Below are positions 9,375 to 20,095 of a stretch of DNA of 64,000 bases, piece by piece (the first letter of the stretch is position 1; every line of letters begins with the position of its first letter). The stretch covers positions 1,175 through 65,174 of IMG/VR virus record IMGVR_UViG_3300035698_017721; one strand, given 5' to 3'. This DNA is from a virus. Lineage: Duplodnaviria > Caudoviricetes. A program made the translations under genes and the position numbers. Below the pieces are notes generated by a model that saw nothing but the letters and a program-made list of their open reading frames with translations, had not been told where the DNA came from and did no database searches.

Positions 9375-10778
9375 TTAAGTGTCGTCATCTTCATCTTCGG
9401 TTAATACTTCATCTTCGTCAACTGCATCTTCCTCAGCAAAAACATCAATCCCATCTAACTGATATGGATTCTCGTCTTCAAACAGTTGAACACTTAGACT
9501 TACCTTACCTTTACCCTTAAATTTCTTCTCGCCTGCTTTACATTTCACGAGCTGAACTTTAGAGGACTTCTCTTGAACTTTGATCAGTGCGATCATTTCC
9601 TTTATCAATTGTTCTACAACCTTAACTGTCTCTGGAGACAAAGCCGTTAACTTGATTGCATCAAGTCGACGTCGGATCGTTGGAACGTACTTTGAGATGA
9701 ATTTCTTGATCTCTGCGGCCTTCCGTTTGGTGACCATCATATATATCAAGAATTCTTTTTTTGCCCGCAGATATTCCAGCTCATTATTTGACACCCGAAG
9801 ATCATACATCATTTTCATGTGTATCACTCTTTCACGATGTATTCTGAACTCATCCAGATAGTCATGGATCTTATCATAGACAACAACATTACCATTCTTA
9901 ACGAAGGTCAATTGTTCGATCACTGCACACTTGGTGAGCTTCTCAACAGTAGTCTTTGCTTCTTGCCAAGTCGCTTTGTTTCTCCACTTAATTGAGATGT
10001 CTACAATCTTCTTAGAATTATTGGTGACCTTGAAATTACCTTCAATAGTATCGAGCTTGTACATCAACTTCGTAATGAATGATGTGTACTTAACCATCGG
10101 TGGAAGATCTCCAATAGTCATTGTCATTGAATCATTGTCGAAAGCAAACTCTCCTTCGATAATCCAACCACGTTCACGATCAGGATACTTCTTGACCTTA
10201 CCATTGAACCCGGCAAAGACCGGATGTAATTTCTTTGCAGAACCATTTAAGTATGCTTCAACATCTTCCATCTTCCGAGGTAGGATGTTTGACTTATATC
10301 CAACTGCAATACCCACTGTGTGAGTACATAGTGAGATAGGAAGATCCACATGAATCCAATCATAGTTCCCTTCAGAATTCCGAGAGTTCAATGCTGAGTA
10401 CTGTGAGACAAGAGCTTTCGTCTTTGGATCACTCTTGATCTTCGTATACCTGGACGATGATGGTTTCGGTGTAACTGGTGAACCAAAGAAACCATCACCC
10501 TGAAGCATCTTCCGGGAACAGCTGAAAGGTTTGGTCATCTTGTTGATCGCTTTGGTCAATGACATATCTCCATGATGATAGAGACCGGTTGCCATTACTT
10601 GACCAACAAGACCAACAGTTGCAGAGAATTTATCTGGTGCATACTGAAGTACCAATCGTTGGACCGGTGTCAGAGCATCGTAAAAATTCGGGATTCCACG
10701 AGACTGAATGACATACATCGAGTATGTCTTGAAATCTGTGTTGATGTGTTCCTTAATGTCAACTATCTCAATCTTCAT
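9375..10778 (-). CDS. DNA topoisomerase II subunit A (gp52-like)
   Basis: RGIPNFYDALTPVQR, YHHGDMS, GFFGS, SSRYT catalytic Tyr, GIAVGY; ATG 10778 preferred as start. Confidence 0.9.
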   Translation of the reverse strand: MKIEIVDIKEHINTDFKTYSMYVIQSRGIPNFYDALTPVQRLVLQYAPDKFSATVGLVGQVMATGLYHHGDMSLTKAINKMTKPFSCSRKMLQGDGFFGSPVTPKPSSSRYTKIKSDPKTKALVSQYSALNSRNSEGNYDWIHVDLPISLCTHTVGIAVGYKSNILPRKMEDVEAYLNGSAKKLHPVFAGFNGKVKKYPDRERGWIIEGEFAFDNDSMTMTIGDLPPMVKYTSFITKLMYKLDTIEGNFKVTNNSKKIVDISIKWRNKATWQEAKTTVEKLTKCAVIEQLTFVKNGNVVVYDKIHDYLDEFRIHRERVIHMKMMYDLRVSNNELEYLRAKKEFLIYMMVTKRKAAEIKKFISKYVPTIRRRLDAIKLTALSPETVKVVEQLIKEMIALIKVQEKSSKVQLVKCKAGEKKFKGKGKVSLSVQLFEDENPYQLDGIDVFAEEDAVDEDEVLTEDEDDDT

Positions 10779-11736
10779 CCTTTGTATTACCAGCTGGCTC
10801 ATCAATATGGATTTCTTCTTTATAGTTTGCCATCATTGATTTCAGAGCTTCTTTGGCTTTCTCTGGATCCGTCGTGATTTCAGAGGTCGTGATTTCAGGT
10901 GCTTGCTTAACATCTTTAAAAAACAGATTAACTAACCACAAAGTAAAACGGTTAGGATTCTTTAAAGTGATAGTCCAAATATCAGTAAATGGGACCCCAT
11001 TATTAGTTGGTCCAAATATGTAATCTTTTTGATACGGGATTTCTGGCTTCTCTCCCAAGTTGATTTTCTCATATGACTGATTGGTGTTAAGCTTTGTATT
11101 AAACTCTTCATCAGTAAAGAACTTAACTCTCATCCGATAAACAGCTTTCATTTTTGGTGGCAATTCACCCAGTTCAGCAATTGTAAACCATGCGAATTGT
11201 CCAAGATCATATATAACTGCTGTGTCAAATTTTGTATTTTCTATTTTAGAATTCAATTCATCAATGATATGTTTCATCAAGCGTTCCTCATAGATCTCTT
11301 CTATATTGGTATTCATCTTCGCTGTATCAAATACTAAACCGGCTGGGAATTCATATACAACTTCAAGACTTTTAGCTTCACCAAATACCATTGTATCATC
11401 AACCAGAAGTTCAAATACTGGTTCTGGTGTAACAAATAAACGTTTGTCCTTAAAATTATCTTGTATCCCTGCGAAAATTCTAATAGCTCGTGGTAATGTT
11501 GAAGGTTCAACGTTCGGTACAGTTTGACCATATACAGGCATTCCTGGATTGATCATATGTAATGAAAGTTGGCTAACTTTCATTGACATTTCATTCAAAT
11601 TATGATAAAATGCATATTCTGTAATGAAATCTGCAAAAACTTTAGATACACCAGAATGTTGTATCACAGGCCACCAATCCTCATATATCGCAGATAATGG
11701 TTTGGGGGGGTTGGATTTAATTAAATCTACTTTCAT
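10768..11736 (-). CDS. Hypothetical protein
   Basis: 322-aa ORF with overlapping start/stop. Confidence 0.55.
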   Translation of the reverse strand: MKVDLIKSNPPKPLSAIYEDWWPVIQHSGVSKVFADFITEYAFYHNLNEMSMKVSQLSLHMINPGMPVYGQTVPNVEPSTLPRAIRIFAGIQDNFKDKRLFVTPEPVFELLVDDTMVFGEAKSLEVVYEFPAGLVFDTAKMNTNIEEIYEERLMKHIIDELNSKIENTKFDTAVIYDLGQFAWFTIAELGELPPKMKAVYRMRVKFFTDEEFNTKLNTNQSYEKINLGEKPEIPYQKDYIFGPTNNGVPFTDIWTITLKNPNRFTLWLVNLFFKDVKQAPEITTSEITTDPEKAKEALKSMMANYKEEIHIDEPAGNTKDED

Positions 11737-12176
11737 TTCCCGATTTTTAATATTTCGCTACCTACAGCTTCAACCTTTTGGACGATCTTAAGTAAGTTCA
11801 CTTCTACCGATCTTGGATTGTTGCCTTCATTTAATAGCTTCATACACAATTCAACATGCTTTGCTTTGATTTCAGAAACTAAAGTCATTACAACTTTAGG
11901 TTGAACACCCAATAATAAAGAAGTATCCAAAATTTTCTGTGCAGTCTTATAGAATTTAGACTCTAAACCATCCAATATTTCTTGAGCAGTACGTTCTTTA
12001 TCTCGTGTGTTTGCAGCAGGTTCATAATTTTGCTCTCTTACGAACTTAGTCTTTTGGTCTATGAGAACCTTAATATCCGCAGTCATGCGAATTAACTCAG
12101 GCAAATCAAGAAGTAAATTCTTGGCCTGCTTGTTAAGTTTCTTCGTCTGTTTCTTTATTAGATCGTCTCTAAGCAT
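11733..12176 (-). CDS. Hypothetical protein with UVR-like coiled-coil motif
   Basis: FVREQNYEPAANTRDKE resembles the UvrB/C motif. Confidence 0.45.
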   Translation of the reverse strand: MLRDDLIKKQTKKLNKQAKNLLLDLPELIRMTADIKVLIDQKTKFVREQNYEPAANTRDKERTAQEILDGLESKFYKTAQKILDTSLLLGVQPKVVMTLVSEIKAKHVELCMKLLNEGNNPRSVEVNLLKIVQKVEAVGSEILKIGK

Positions 12177-12600
12177 CTATTAAAACTTTTTTGTCCTTTA
12201 GGAAATTTACAATGTTTGCTGTTGGGTAAGATTGTCTCAGCTCTCCTCCCGGTAAAATCATCTCTACACTAAAATTATTGTGCTCACCCATCCAAGCTCG
12301 TACACCTTGAACCGCCATTTCATATACTTCCCAATGAGCTTTTAAATTCTCTAATGCGTTAGTATCAATTTTTTGTTTTTTAACTGTTTTCTCTTGTGCC
12401 ATTATTATATCGTTTGCACATTATACGAAGAAAGACAAGAAAGTTCCCTAAAATCGGTTAAAGAGACGTTTAATCCACGCCTTGAATCTTTCCCACCGAG
12501 TAGGAATGTGCATAAGATCATAACTAAGAATTTTTTCCAAATGTACTTGGCCATTCATCCACACGACCTTGTGCTCTGGAGGCGATATAAAATTTCTTGT

Positions 12601-13521
12601 TCATAATAAGACGATCGCAGTTTCAGCTTTCTGAAGCTCGATGAATGTAGTGATTTTCTTATCTAGTTCAACACAATAATCACGACCAAATGGACCGTTC
12701 TCTAATGTACCGAATAAATCACTGCTATTCAAGTCCTTTTTGATATGTGGGCATAGACTTGCTATTCCCATTGCCAAAGCTGCTACGGAGTCCACATCGC
12801 CTCCAAATGCTACGGAGTTGATAAGTACTTCTTTATAGTTATTGGATCGAGTGACGACGTCCACAACAGCACCTACGGTCGCATAAGAGTCACAAGGAAT
12901 GCCATTAGGAAAATCCTTGTACTTGGAGATCATTGCATGCTTTGATGTAAACTGACATTGCTTTAGAGCCCAAGCGAAATGTTTGGTGAAGGAATACTTC
13001 TCATCATTGTAAATCAATGAATGAACAAGCAACGAAAGAACTCTCGCTGAATCCATTGCTTCATGATGTATATGTGTTGTGAGACATTGTGAGACCGCAG
13101 CATTCTGAACCTGAACGGGATCACCAAGAAGTCCACATGGAAGAACCCGCATGATTGCTCCGTTAGAAGACTGATGAGGTTCGGCAATATTCATGAACTC
13201 AATTCCTGACATTGAATTGGTGAGTGCTAAACGAACTCTTGAACCATAACCTGTTCGGTAAGGGAACTCACGTTTGTAAGCATTCAAGAAACTGGCTGCG
13301 AATTGAACCGGTCTGTAATCGTTTGGGTTGCTTAAGATCAACTCAGCAACACCCAAAGACATTTGAGTGTCATCGGTGTATTCTCCGTTACCTCTCACAT
13401 TCCCATGTTTCGATACTCTCGAATGAAAACGTTTGCCATCGTTGTTCTCGTCAATAAATTCTTTGGGAGCAAATTCAAACGGACAGCCATAGGCATCCCC
13501 CAGACAAAGTTCTAAAATCAT
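12601..13521 (-). CDS. ADP-ribosylglycohydrolase (ARH/DraG family)
   Basis: GDAYG, YTDDTQM, SNGAIMR, TTH, GGDVDS. Confidence 0.9.
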   Translation of the reverse strand: MILELCLGDAYGCPFEFAPKEFIDENNDGKRFHSRVSKHGNVRGNGEYTDDTQMSLGVAELILSNPNDYRPVQFAASFLNAYKREFPYRTGYGSRVRLALTNSMSGIEFMNIAEPHQSSNGAIMRVLPCGLLGDPVQVQNAAVSQCLTTHIHHEAMDSARVLSLLVHSLIYNDEKYSFTKHFAWALKQCQFTSKHAMISKYKDFPNGIPCDSYATVGAVVDVVTRSNNYKEVLINSVAFGGDVDSVAALAMGIASLCPHIKKDLNSSDLFGTLENGPFGRDYCVELDKKITTFIELQKAETAIVLL

Positions 13522-13580
13522 ATAAATTCAATTGAGGTTCAGATATATATAGTATTGAATTTCAAATTTAAACATAAATA

Positions 13581-14159
13581 ATGATGAATAAAAGAAAAAC
13601 AACATTTGATCACTTAGATATAGTTGGTAATAAATATGGAATGACTACAGTTAATAAATTTTCGCATGACAATAAAAGTAAACGGCCTTGGAAGTATTAT
13701 TATTCATGTAGTTGTGAATGCGGTACAACAAATAAAATCATAAATCGAGTCAATTTAATTTCTAATCATGCACAATCTTGTGGATGTTTACGAAAACGTA
13801 AAGGTAAACAATCTAAAAGTTGGGGTGGTTATGAAAAAATCAGCGGCCGATTTTTTGGTAGTATTGTTAGACATGCAAAATCGCGAGGCTTAGAATTTAA
13901 TATAACTATTGAAGATGCATGGAAACAGTTTAAAAACCAAAACGAAAAATGTGCATTGACTGGTCTATTACTGAAAATGGATGCGTTCAAAAATGATTAC
14001 ACAAATAAAACTGCTTCGTTAGATCGTATCGATTCAACAAAGGGTTATGAACTTGACAACATCCAATGGATACACAAAGACATCAATTACATTAAAATGA
14101 ATGTTCCTAATGATCGTTTTATTGAACTTTGTAAAATGGTTAGTGACTATTCATGTTAA
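13581..14159 (+). CDS. HNH-type homing endonuclease
   Basis: CSCECG, SCGCL, KCALTG, ASLDRIDSTKGYELDNIQWIHKDIN. Confidence 0.75.
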   Translation: MMNKRKTTFDHLDIVGNKYGMTTVNKFSHDNKSKRPWKYYYSCSCECGTTNKIINRVNLISNHAQSCGCLRKRKGKQSKSWGGYEKISGRFFGSIVRHAKSRGLEFNITIEDAWKQFKNQNEKCALTGLLLKMDAFKNDYTNKTASLDRIDSTKGYELDNIQWIHKDINYIKMNVPNDRFIELCKMVSDYSC

Positions 14160-14177
14160 TTTTCTTATCTTTACAAC

Positions 14178-14483
14178 ATGGAAAAATATAAAATTAGAAT
14201 CTGTATTGAAGGTAATAAGGACCTATGTCCAGTATATGGTGCCGTATATGTAGATGTGGAATGTCCAATGATTCCGCGTTTAGGTGAACGGGTTTTATTA
14301 CCAGATGGCGCCCAGGATACGCTTGAAGAAAAAGCTGTTAATTTTCCTGATGAATATAATGTACATACACTACCTGAAGGTGTGAAACCTTATGTGTGTT
14401 TTGATGATTATCAATGGGTACGAGAAGTAGTATATAATTTACACTATGATGAACCAGTAGTTGAAGTGATTTTAGGAATGTGA
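14178..14483 (+). CDS. Hypothetical protein
   Basis: Preceded by TATCTTTA promoter-like box. Confidence 0.5.
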   Translation: MEKYKIRICIEGNKDLCPVYGAVYVDVECPMIPRLGERVLLPDGAQDTLEEKAVNFPDEYNVHTLPEGVKPYVCFDDYQWVREVVYNLHYDEPVVEVILGM

Positions 14484-14684
14484 TCTCTATATAATTGTTC
14501 ATGCATTTCACAACCTTCAACGATACACAATATTCCACTTCCGCCACCAATGTAACTGACCAAAATATTATGCGGATCAATACATTCGTTAATTGTACAA
14601 CGTAGGCCTTCATCATCTTTGATGATCATGCCATCAGAAAGGTCTTCAAATTTTAGTTCTTCTTTCATTCGTCGGGGCTCTTGC

Positions 14685-15608
14685 TTAATCCATATTAAAA
14701 AGTTCAGACCTGTGTAAATGACGAGTCTTTTTCTTTTTCTTTTTCTTCTTTGCAGAAATCTGATCGGTGACAGCAACAAGACTTGTTTTTTGATTCTCGA
14801 TTTGTTGAGCGAGCTCAAGTTCTAGTCTTTGTAATTTATCAGGTGACGGTGATCTATATCCTGACTGTCCTAACACATGGAAATCAGGTGCAGGAACTAT
14901 GTCTATTCCATGTACCCGAGCTGCAATAGTTTCAGCATAGGTGCTGAGAGAAGGATTAGGTGCTAATTTTGGCGCATGACCTGAATACCCAGAAATGCCC
15001 AGAACATTCTTGCGATTATATGCATCCAGATATTCTGCGAATGTTGTAGGTACGGTATTAGAAACATGACAATCTCTGACATAATCAGAATATGTCAACT
15101 CAGCATTCCTAAGATTATCAGCATCATGATCCAACTGATCTTGCTTAGCATCCTTTTTAGCAAGTTTAACTGCTTGTGTTGCTTGATTCGCGCCCTTTCT
15201 ATCAGACACAATTTCAGCACATTGAGAATCACTAACAGGCATAAATTTATGTGAGCCCTTCCTCTTTCCTGAATCGTAAACAGCTTCGTTATTTTCAAGA
15301 TCCCAAATCAATAATACGTGATCTTCATATCCTTCATTGGAATTCTCTTCCGTGTAAAGCATAACGGAAGGTCCGACATTATCTTCGTAGAAACTAGGAC
15401 TGATTGACATGTGACCTGAAAAAGAACTGATCACCATATAACGATCCCTTGGACCTGCCTTCGGAATACTATCTTGTACTCGGTCCCAAAGATGATCGAT
15501 ACTTCCCACCTCAACATTACGTCCAGCATATCCTGATACACTGGGTTGTGGGTTTTTAGGCTGTTCTTTTTCACCTATAAAAGATGCGAAGTTTTTAAAT
15601 GCTCTCAT
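14685..15608 (-). CDS. Hypothetical protein with CTS-like N-terminus
   Basis: MRAFKNFASFIGE start; Lys-rich C-terminus. Confidence 0.5.
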   Translation of the reverse strand: MRAFKNFASFIGEKEQPKNPQPSVSGYAGRNVEVGSIDHLWDRVQDSIPKAGPRDRYMVISSFSGHMSISPSFYEDNVGPSVMLYTEENSNEGYEDHVLLIWDLENNEAVYDSGKRKGSHKFMPVSDSQCAEIVSDRKGANQATQAVKLAKKDAKQDQLDHDADNLRNAELTYSDYVRDCHVSNTVPTTFAEYLDAYNRKNVLGISGYSGHAPKLAPNPSLSTYAETIAARVHGIDIVPAPDFHVLGQSGYRSPSPDKLQRLELELAQQIENQKTSLVAVTDQISAKKKKKKKKTRHLHRSELFNMD

Positions 15609-15940
15609 TCTGGGCATGATTCGTTCTTACACCATTCAACACCTTCCTGGTATTCTTTCAGGGTCACCGTTTTTACATCATGACCTGATGCGACCAACTT
15701 ATTGATCTCTTTCTGTACGTCTTTAGTAATCATATGTACAACGGATGCTTGAACAATCTTTTGACATTCCGGACATATACACAATTTGATTCTTACGTCT
15801 TTATCTTCCATATTGAAAAATTTACTTCCATTAACATCCGTCATAATCATTAGACCGGTTTCTTTTGCTAACCGTCTTAGATTTTCTGCTTGATGTTTGA
15901 TTTTTTCGTACTTGTTCATTTCGTCCTCAGCATTCTTCAT
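15605..15940 (-). CDS. Hypothetical protein with CxxC
   Basis: ICPEC. Confidence 0.45.
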   Translation of the reverse strand: MKNAEDEMNKYEKIKHQAENLRRLAKETGLMIMTDVNGSKFFNMEDKDVRIKLCICPECQKIVQASVVHMITKDVQKEINKLVASGHDVKTVTLKEYQEGVEWCKNESCPE

Positions 15941-16275
15941 TTTTTAAACCCACTAAAGGGGATAGTCTTTCCTATCAGTCAGTCTTTAGCAACCTTATCT
16001 GGTATGTATTACGTATCCAGATTTGCCCATCTACGATCGTTGCATGTAGGTAAATACCGATCTGTAGTAGAGAGGAAGCCCGTATTCTTAGAGTCCAAGA
16101 CCTTGGTTCACTAGTTTAACACACAACCTACAACCACGAGTGCCACAAAGCACACGTATTATTTTTTCTTGATAAATACCTGTTGTTCACGGGTAATCGC
16201 CAATATATGAATCTAACGATTTTAGAGACTCTATGGTCACTTCTTCTTGTACTTTCTTCCGGTGCATTTGTTCTA

Positions 16276-18078
16276 TTATTTGAATTCACCTCTCAACCAA
16301 AGTTTCCTCGGCATCGAATCTTTTCCGAATGCCATATCTAGATACCGTTTGGCATCCTTATCGTTCTTCAGTTGTTGAAGTTGTTTGTTATTCATTATTA
16401 CTTCCCAATCTTCTTCCGCTAAAGATCCAAGACCTTTTAAGAATCGAATTGAAGATGGTTTTCTTTTACCTTTCAACCAATCGTCGAAGTCAGCTTTATC
16501 AAAGAAGTATTCTCGCTTCTTCCCGTCACCGATCGACAACAATGGTATACGCAATCTAAACAGTCTACCTACTTCAATGATGTAAGGAAACCACTTAAAG
16601 AACAGGTTTACTAACAGTGAGGCAATGTGTCCACCATCTTCATCAGCATCGGCCGCAATAATAACCCTCTTATAACTGAAGTTTCGTTTAGTTCGATCTA
16701 GATCTAGATCTAGAATTTGCATCAGTTCTACGACCTCTTGATTGCTGGATAGATCTGATACAGAACGAACATTCTTGATCTTACCTTTCAATCGGTAAAC
16801 ACCATCAAGTTTGGTATTCCTTTTCTGTAGGATAGATCCCATTGCCGATTCTCCCTCAACGATAAACAAGTTCTCTATTCTCCCAGATGGTGGGAAGTAT
16901 TTAGATGAATTTCGTATATCAACTTTCTTCTTGATCTTCCGAAGTTTCTTGATCTCCGTTTCCATCTTTCGTTCCTCTACTTTCTCAAATAAAGTTTTGA
17001 ATAGATCGGTCGTGTAGAATTTTCTGAATGCTTCTCTGAGGTTATCCTTTATGGTTCCTTCAATCTCACCTCTAGTAGAATCCAACCTGGTTTTATTTTG
17101 GTCACGGAAACGTACAAGTCTTGGTGGTAAATTGAACACCAGGAAAGTCTCATAGAAATGATGTCCTAATTGATCATCCAATTTCGCATTTATAGTCTCG
17201 TTAACGATCCTCTGATGCATCCCAGTACACATGGCTGAGTTGATAGCTGAAAGAGATCCGGAATGGTCGTAGCTCTCATGTATAACGACCGGTCCAATCT
17301 TCGTATCGGCAATGAATGCACCTTTAGGAAAGAACTCTTGATCTAAATCAAATTTCTCGCCATCGAATGTTACATCAAACTTCAATTTCTTAAGAACTGG
17401 ATCACGGCTAAGAATGAACTTCTTAATCACCATCTCGGTTAGTAGGATCTCACGATTCCATTTAGCCTTCTTAAACAAGGTTGATCTAGGTATGAAAGAA
17501 ACAGTCGTTCCGGTAATAGTTTGTTTTTCCCGTTTTATTACAGTTTTTTTATTAGGTATGAATTTATCCCATTCTTTATAAAAAAACGAATTATCATTTC
17601 TAGTTTCTATACTAAAAAAAGAAGAACATATATTAACCAAACTTACACCAAAGCCATTTGTCCCAATAACAGTTTCATCAATATTATCATTGTCAAAATT
17701 TGAACCTGCTCGTAAACAACTGACAGCAGTTTCTATATTAGACAAACCAGAAGACTTGTTTTTCTGTACACCTTTATAAAAACCTGTACCGGTATCTGAT
17801 ACGACTACCTTATTATTTGCTGTATCAAAATCAACAGTAATAGATTTCATTTTACCTTTCATGCGCTTGGCACAATCTATAGCATTATCTAATACTTCGT
17901 GAAATAATTTATAAAACCCGATTGACAAATCGTGGCGTTCCATTACTATTTTACCATTACGAATAATAGGTACTAATTCCTCTGATAAAGTTGTAGAACC
18001 AATATAAACCGAACTTCGTTTTAATACATGTTCCCAATCTTTTAAAACTACAATTTCGTTTTTATCCAATTTTTTCAT
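16276..18078 (-). CDS. DNA topoisomerase II subunit B (gp39+gp60 equivalent, uninterrupted)
   Basis: EHVLKR..YIGS, EVLDNAID, AGSNF, GTNGFG, EGESA, DADEDG, KGLGS. Confidence 0.92.
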   Translation of the reverse strand: MKKLDKNEIVVLKDWEHVLKRSSVYIGSTTLSEELVPIIRNGKIVMERHDLSIGFYKLFHEVLDNAIDCAKRMKGKMKSITVDFDTANNKVVVSDTGTGFYKGVQKNKSSGLSNIETAVSCLRAGSNFDNDNIDETVIGTNGFGVSLVNICSSFFSIETRNDNSFFYKEWDKFIPNKKTVIKREKQTITGTTVSFIPRSTLFKKAKWNREILLTEMVIKKFILSRDPVLKKLKFDVTFDGEKFDLDQEFFPKGAFIADTKIGPVVIHESYDHSGSLSAINSAMCTGMHQRIVNETINAKLDDQLGHHFYETFLVFNLPPRLVRFRDQNKTRLDSTRGEIEGTIKDNLREAFRKFYTTDLFKTLFEKVEERKMETEIKKLRKIKKKVDIRNSSKYFPPSGRIENLFIVEGESAMGSILQKRNTKLDGVYRLKGKIKNVRSVSDLSSNQEVVELMQILDLDLDRTKRNFSYKRVIIAADADEDGGHIASLLVNLFFKWFPYIIEVGRLFRLRIPLLSIGDGKKREYFFDKADFDDWLKGKRKPSSIRFLKGLGSLAEEDWEVIMNNKQLQQLKNDKDAKRYLDMAFGKDSMPRKLWLRGEFK

Positions 18079-18127
18079 AAGCACTAATGGTATATACATT
18101 ATATACAAAAATTAACCGTTAGTTGCA

Positions 18128-19261
18128 ATGAACAAATTTGAAGTCGAAATAAATTCCGAAAACTTTAATCCGATATTAAAACAGAAGTTACTTGATTTAC
18201 TGACTAGTATTGATAAATTATCACGATATAAAGCCATACTAGTAAAATTTAAACAGAATCATAATTTTAAAGCATGTGGCCGTTTCACTTCAGCCTATTG
18301 GATACAACGTGGGTGGTCTAAGGATGAAGCAATAATCAAGAAGGCGAAATATAAACGGAAATTAAAGCCTGGTCCAATGGAAATTTCTTTCTGGCTAGAA
18401 AAAATAAATCCAAACACTAATTTATTTTATACCGAAGATGAAGCTAAACATAAAATAAAAACTCAGAGACCAGTCAATAAAGAATATTGGTTGGCCAAAG
18501 GTCTAACCAAAGAAGAAGCCGTAACTAAAGTAAAAGAACTCCAAACAAAAAATGGAGATATTTGGGTTAAGAAAAATAAAAAATCACGGCAGAAAGACCG
18601 AACACAGACTCAAATATTATATTGGAAAAATAAACATAATATGACTTTAGTAGAAGCAAAAGCAAAAATTAAGGACGTACAAAATAATATAAGTTTAGAT
18701 GTACTAATGGTAAAATACGGTAATATAGAAGGTAAAATACGATATGATAAAATTTGTACCAAATTATCATTTGCTGGTACTGTGGATGGATATATTAGTC
18801 GCTATGGTCCGAAATTGGGTCCGAAATTACACAAAGAAAAAACCATTAAATCATGTACGAATAATAGAATTTCTAAAGAATCAATAGTATTTTTCAAAAA
18901 AATATATAAATTTTTTCGGGAAAATGGTATTAAATCAAATGAAATATATTGGGGAATTACTGGATCGAAAGAATATTTCTTACATGAAAAAATTAGTAAT
19001 AAAATTTTCTGGTATGACTTTACAATACCACACTTAAAAATAATTATTGAATTTCATGGCGTCCGGTTTCATCCTAATCCAAAATGGGACAAAAAACGTT
19101 GGGACAAATGGGATTTATTTGGTATGAAAGCAAACGAAAAATATGAATTTGATACATTTAAGAAAACCTTGGCTTCTAGTCATGGTTATGATTTAATAGA
19201 AATATGGTCTGATGAAAAACAACAATTTAACATAATTGATCTTAAAAAGTATTTAAAATAA
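18128..19261 (+). CDS. Homing endonuclease (Vsr/DUF559-like, same family as 740-1942)
   Basis: YW..G...EA repeats; WYDFTIP..IIEFHGVRFHPNP..GYDLIEIWSD. Confidence 0.75.
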   Translation: MNKFEVEINSENFNPILKQKLLDLLTSIDKLSRYKAILVKFKQNHNFKACGRFTSAYWIQRGWSKDEAIIKKAKYKRKLKPGPMEISFWLEKINPNTNLFYTEDEAKHKIKTQRPVNKEYWLAKGLTKEEAVTKVKELQTKNGDIWVKKNKKSRQKDRTQTQILYWKNKHNMTLVEAKAKIKDVQNNISLDVLMVKYGNIEGKIRYDKICTKLSFAGTVDGYISRYGPKLGPKLHKEKTIKSCTNNRISKESIVFFKKIYKFFRENGIKSNEIYWGITGSKEYFLHEKISNKIFWYDFTIPHLKIIIEFHGVRFHPNPKWDKKRWDKWDLFGMKANEKYEFDTFKKTLASSHGYDLIEIWSDEKQQFNIIDLKKYLK

Positions 19262-19309
19262 GAAGGGCCCAGAAAATTCTGATTCCCTTTAAAAACTTAT
19301 TTGATTTTA

Positions 19310-19639
19310 TTATTTTCTGGCTTGCAGAATCTTTCCCATACATTCTCTATATCCAGGGAAATCTGTTGGATTTAATAACAATTTTTTCGGGTCATTTGTC
19401 ATTTTCAAAATTTCAAATGTTGGCGTGATTTGCACCAATTGCTCGTTCAAAACTTTATTACACGAGAACATAACCAATGTTATGGTCTCGCCTATACTGA
19501 GATCTTGAATTGGCTGTTGTAAAAAAGCAGATAAGTGATCTGGACCAGCATCAGAACATCCGGATAGTGCAAATAAAACGAACACTATTATGATCGCAAT
19601 GATCAGGAACTTATTTTCTTTAATCTTTTTCATCTTCAA
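19310..19639 (-). CDS. Putative lipoprotein, paralog of 22243-22443
   Basis: MKKIKENKF, hydrophobic stretch, LSGC lipobox. Confidence 0.55.
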   Translation of the reverse strand: MKMKKIKENKFLIIAIIIVFVLFALSGCSDAGPDHLSAFLQQPIQDLSIGETITLVMFSCNKVLNEQLVQITPTFEILKMTNDPKKLLLNPTDFPGYRECMGKILQARK

Positions 19640-19701
19640 AATATAAGAAGCCCCCTGTAACCGAAATTACAGGGGACCAATAAATCAAATCAGTTGATCA
19701 A

Positions 19702-20076
19702 TTACTTGATCAATTGCTTCTCAAGATCTTTAACACTCAGAGACGCAAGATCGGAATCTTTCTTCTGCTGGATAAGACCAAGAATTTTTTGATTGTGTGC
19801 TCTAACGTCAGCACTTTTAGTTGCAACCTCAGCAGCCTCAACTTTATCCGTAAGGATGTCAAGAACAATATCAAATCGCAATTTGATGTCCTTATCCTTT
19901 GTGGTTTTCTTGGCCACGAAAGACTTACCCTTAGAATTTTTGTGATCTTCTTCAAGACCAACTGCCAAAGTGTCTAACTCTGCGATCGAAAGATCCCATA
20001 ATTGCTCAGGAGAAAGTGAACCTCTTGAGGTTTGAATTCTCAACTTTTGTTTTGTTGCTTGTTTATACATTTCCAT
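19702..20076 (-). CDS. Conserved phage coiled-coil protein
   Basis: RGSLSPEQLWDL...KSFV...LRFDIVLDI pattern recalled from large phages. Confidence 0.6.
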   Translation of the reverse strand: MEMYKQATKQKLRIQTSRGSLSPEQLWDLSIAELDTLAVGLEEDHKNSKGKSFVAKKTTKDKDIKLRFDIVLDILTDKVEAAEVATKSADVRAHNQKILGLIQQKKDSDLASLSVKDLEKQLIK

Positions 20077-20095
20077 TTTACTTATTGATTACTAT

